Below are positions 62,200 to 64,000 of a DNA stretch of 64,000 bases, in pieces. Positions within the stretch are counted from its first letter, which is position 1. The number at the start of each line of letters is the position of its first letter. A model generated the notes under the pieces. That model was not told the DNA's origin. It worked only from the letters and a program-made list of their open reading frames with translations, and ran no database searches. Source of the stretch: the human T2T-CHM13v2.0 reference genome, Homo sapiens; assembly GCF_009914755.1 (NCBI RefSeq), contig NC_060929.1, one strand, 5' to 3'. The translations under genes and the position numbers were made by a program.

Positions 62200-62770
62200 T
62201 TCCTCTTCCTGCACGCCTCGGAGGGGAAACTTTGGGACCTTCCGGCACAACAGCTGAATCACTCGCGGTCTGGGGAAGAGCCCAGGGGGAGGAAACACGC
62301 GCCAAGGAACTTTAAATCTCCCTCCACTACTTTCGCCAGGGATGCAGGGACGCAGGATCTGCCCGGAGCGCTGCTACCCACCGTCGCCGCTCGCGACCAA
62401 ATCCCGACTCCTCGCTCTGCGCCTCTTAGCCGCGTCGCAGCTGCAGTGTCAGCAAGTGCAGCCTCAGCAAGCACAACCGCTACCTAGACGGCAACCTGAC
62501 AGTTTCAAACTGCAGGGAGGAATTAAGGACCGCCCTGGGCATTGGTCCTTTGTTTCAGCAATCTGCCGTTTGATTGGTCCGAGAGCTGGGGGCGGGGATT
62601 TGGGCCGCTGCCGGGAGAAGCCGGAATTACTTTGGAGAGCCCCGCCCCCTGGCTCCGCAGGTTGGTAGGGGGCGGGGTCCTAGGGAGCCCCACCCAGCGC
62701 CCGTGGGGATTAAATATTGCGCGTGCTCAGTTCTGTTCAGCGGCTGCAGGCTGCTAAGCGGCTCCGGGAG
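62200..62770 (-). promoter_or_regulatory. POC5: POC5 CpG-island promoter: CHR (TTTGAA 62509-62504), two CCAAT boxes (62541-62545, 62573-62577), GC boxes (62589-62597, 62640-62649, 62669-62677), degenerate X-box (62479-62495)
   Basis: High CpG density; motifs read directly from sequence; TATA-less. Confidence 0.85.
62382..62495 (-). other. POC5: POC5 non-coding exon 1 (5'UTR; 5' end approximate)
   Basis: CpG-rich segment directly downstream of the promoter motifs, ending in donor GACG|gtgggt. Confidence 0.7.
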
Positions 62771-62901
62771 CTGATTTGGATAGAGGCTGTTGAGCAGGGC
62801 TGAAGTTGGCTAATGCCGTGTGCTGTTGGCTTTCAACAATTCCGGTAACCTAGATATGAGTCCTAATGCTTTCGTCTGCATAAGAACAATCCGAAATTCT
62901 G

Positions 62902-63823
<922 letters not shown>

Positions 63824-64000
63824 CTAATCTCAAACGTGTCAGACTTCAAGATAGAGCCTTCTGGTGAAGTATTGGCCTTAGAATCAGATCATAATTATAA
63901 TCTAGCTTTACCATCTACTCGCTGTCACCTTGGATAATACTACTCACATACTAAGGTGGTAGGAGATTAAAGGAATTAATATATCTAAAACACCGAACAC

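Noticed and set aside
62146-62774. Plus-strand ORFs over the promoter suggesting a divergent gene
   Set aside because: Expected stop-codon depletion in GC-rich CpG-island DNA; no coding signature. A divergent non-coding transcript cannot be excluded.

Overview
Human (or very closely related primate) genomic DNA containing two convergent spliced genes. The + strand carries the last six exons of ANKDD1B (ankyrin repeats, death domain, C-terminal CaaX-like end; 1100-16920). The - strand carries the complete 12-exon centriolar gene POC5 (CpG promoter at about 62.5 kb, CDS 58013 to 19515, 575 aa reconstructed by hand). This haplotype has an in-frame TAG in the penultimate ANKDD1B exon (W480*-type allele). 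Introns hold a full-length but inactivated L1PA3-like LINE-1 antisense to POC5, about 25 Alus, a piggyBac MER75 MITE, a Tigger4/MER46, MER5, MaLR LTRs (THE1D solo LTR with nested AluY, MLT1), L2/MIR/L1M relics and a U6 pseudogene. Nothing here is demonstrably a new system. The best leads are an apparent prenylation signal on ANKDD1B that the nonsense allele removes, with possible escape routes, and transposon-derived promoters and splice donors aimed at POC5 exons. Gene, variant and subfamily names come from recall and were not checked by database search.
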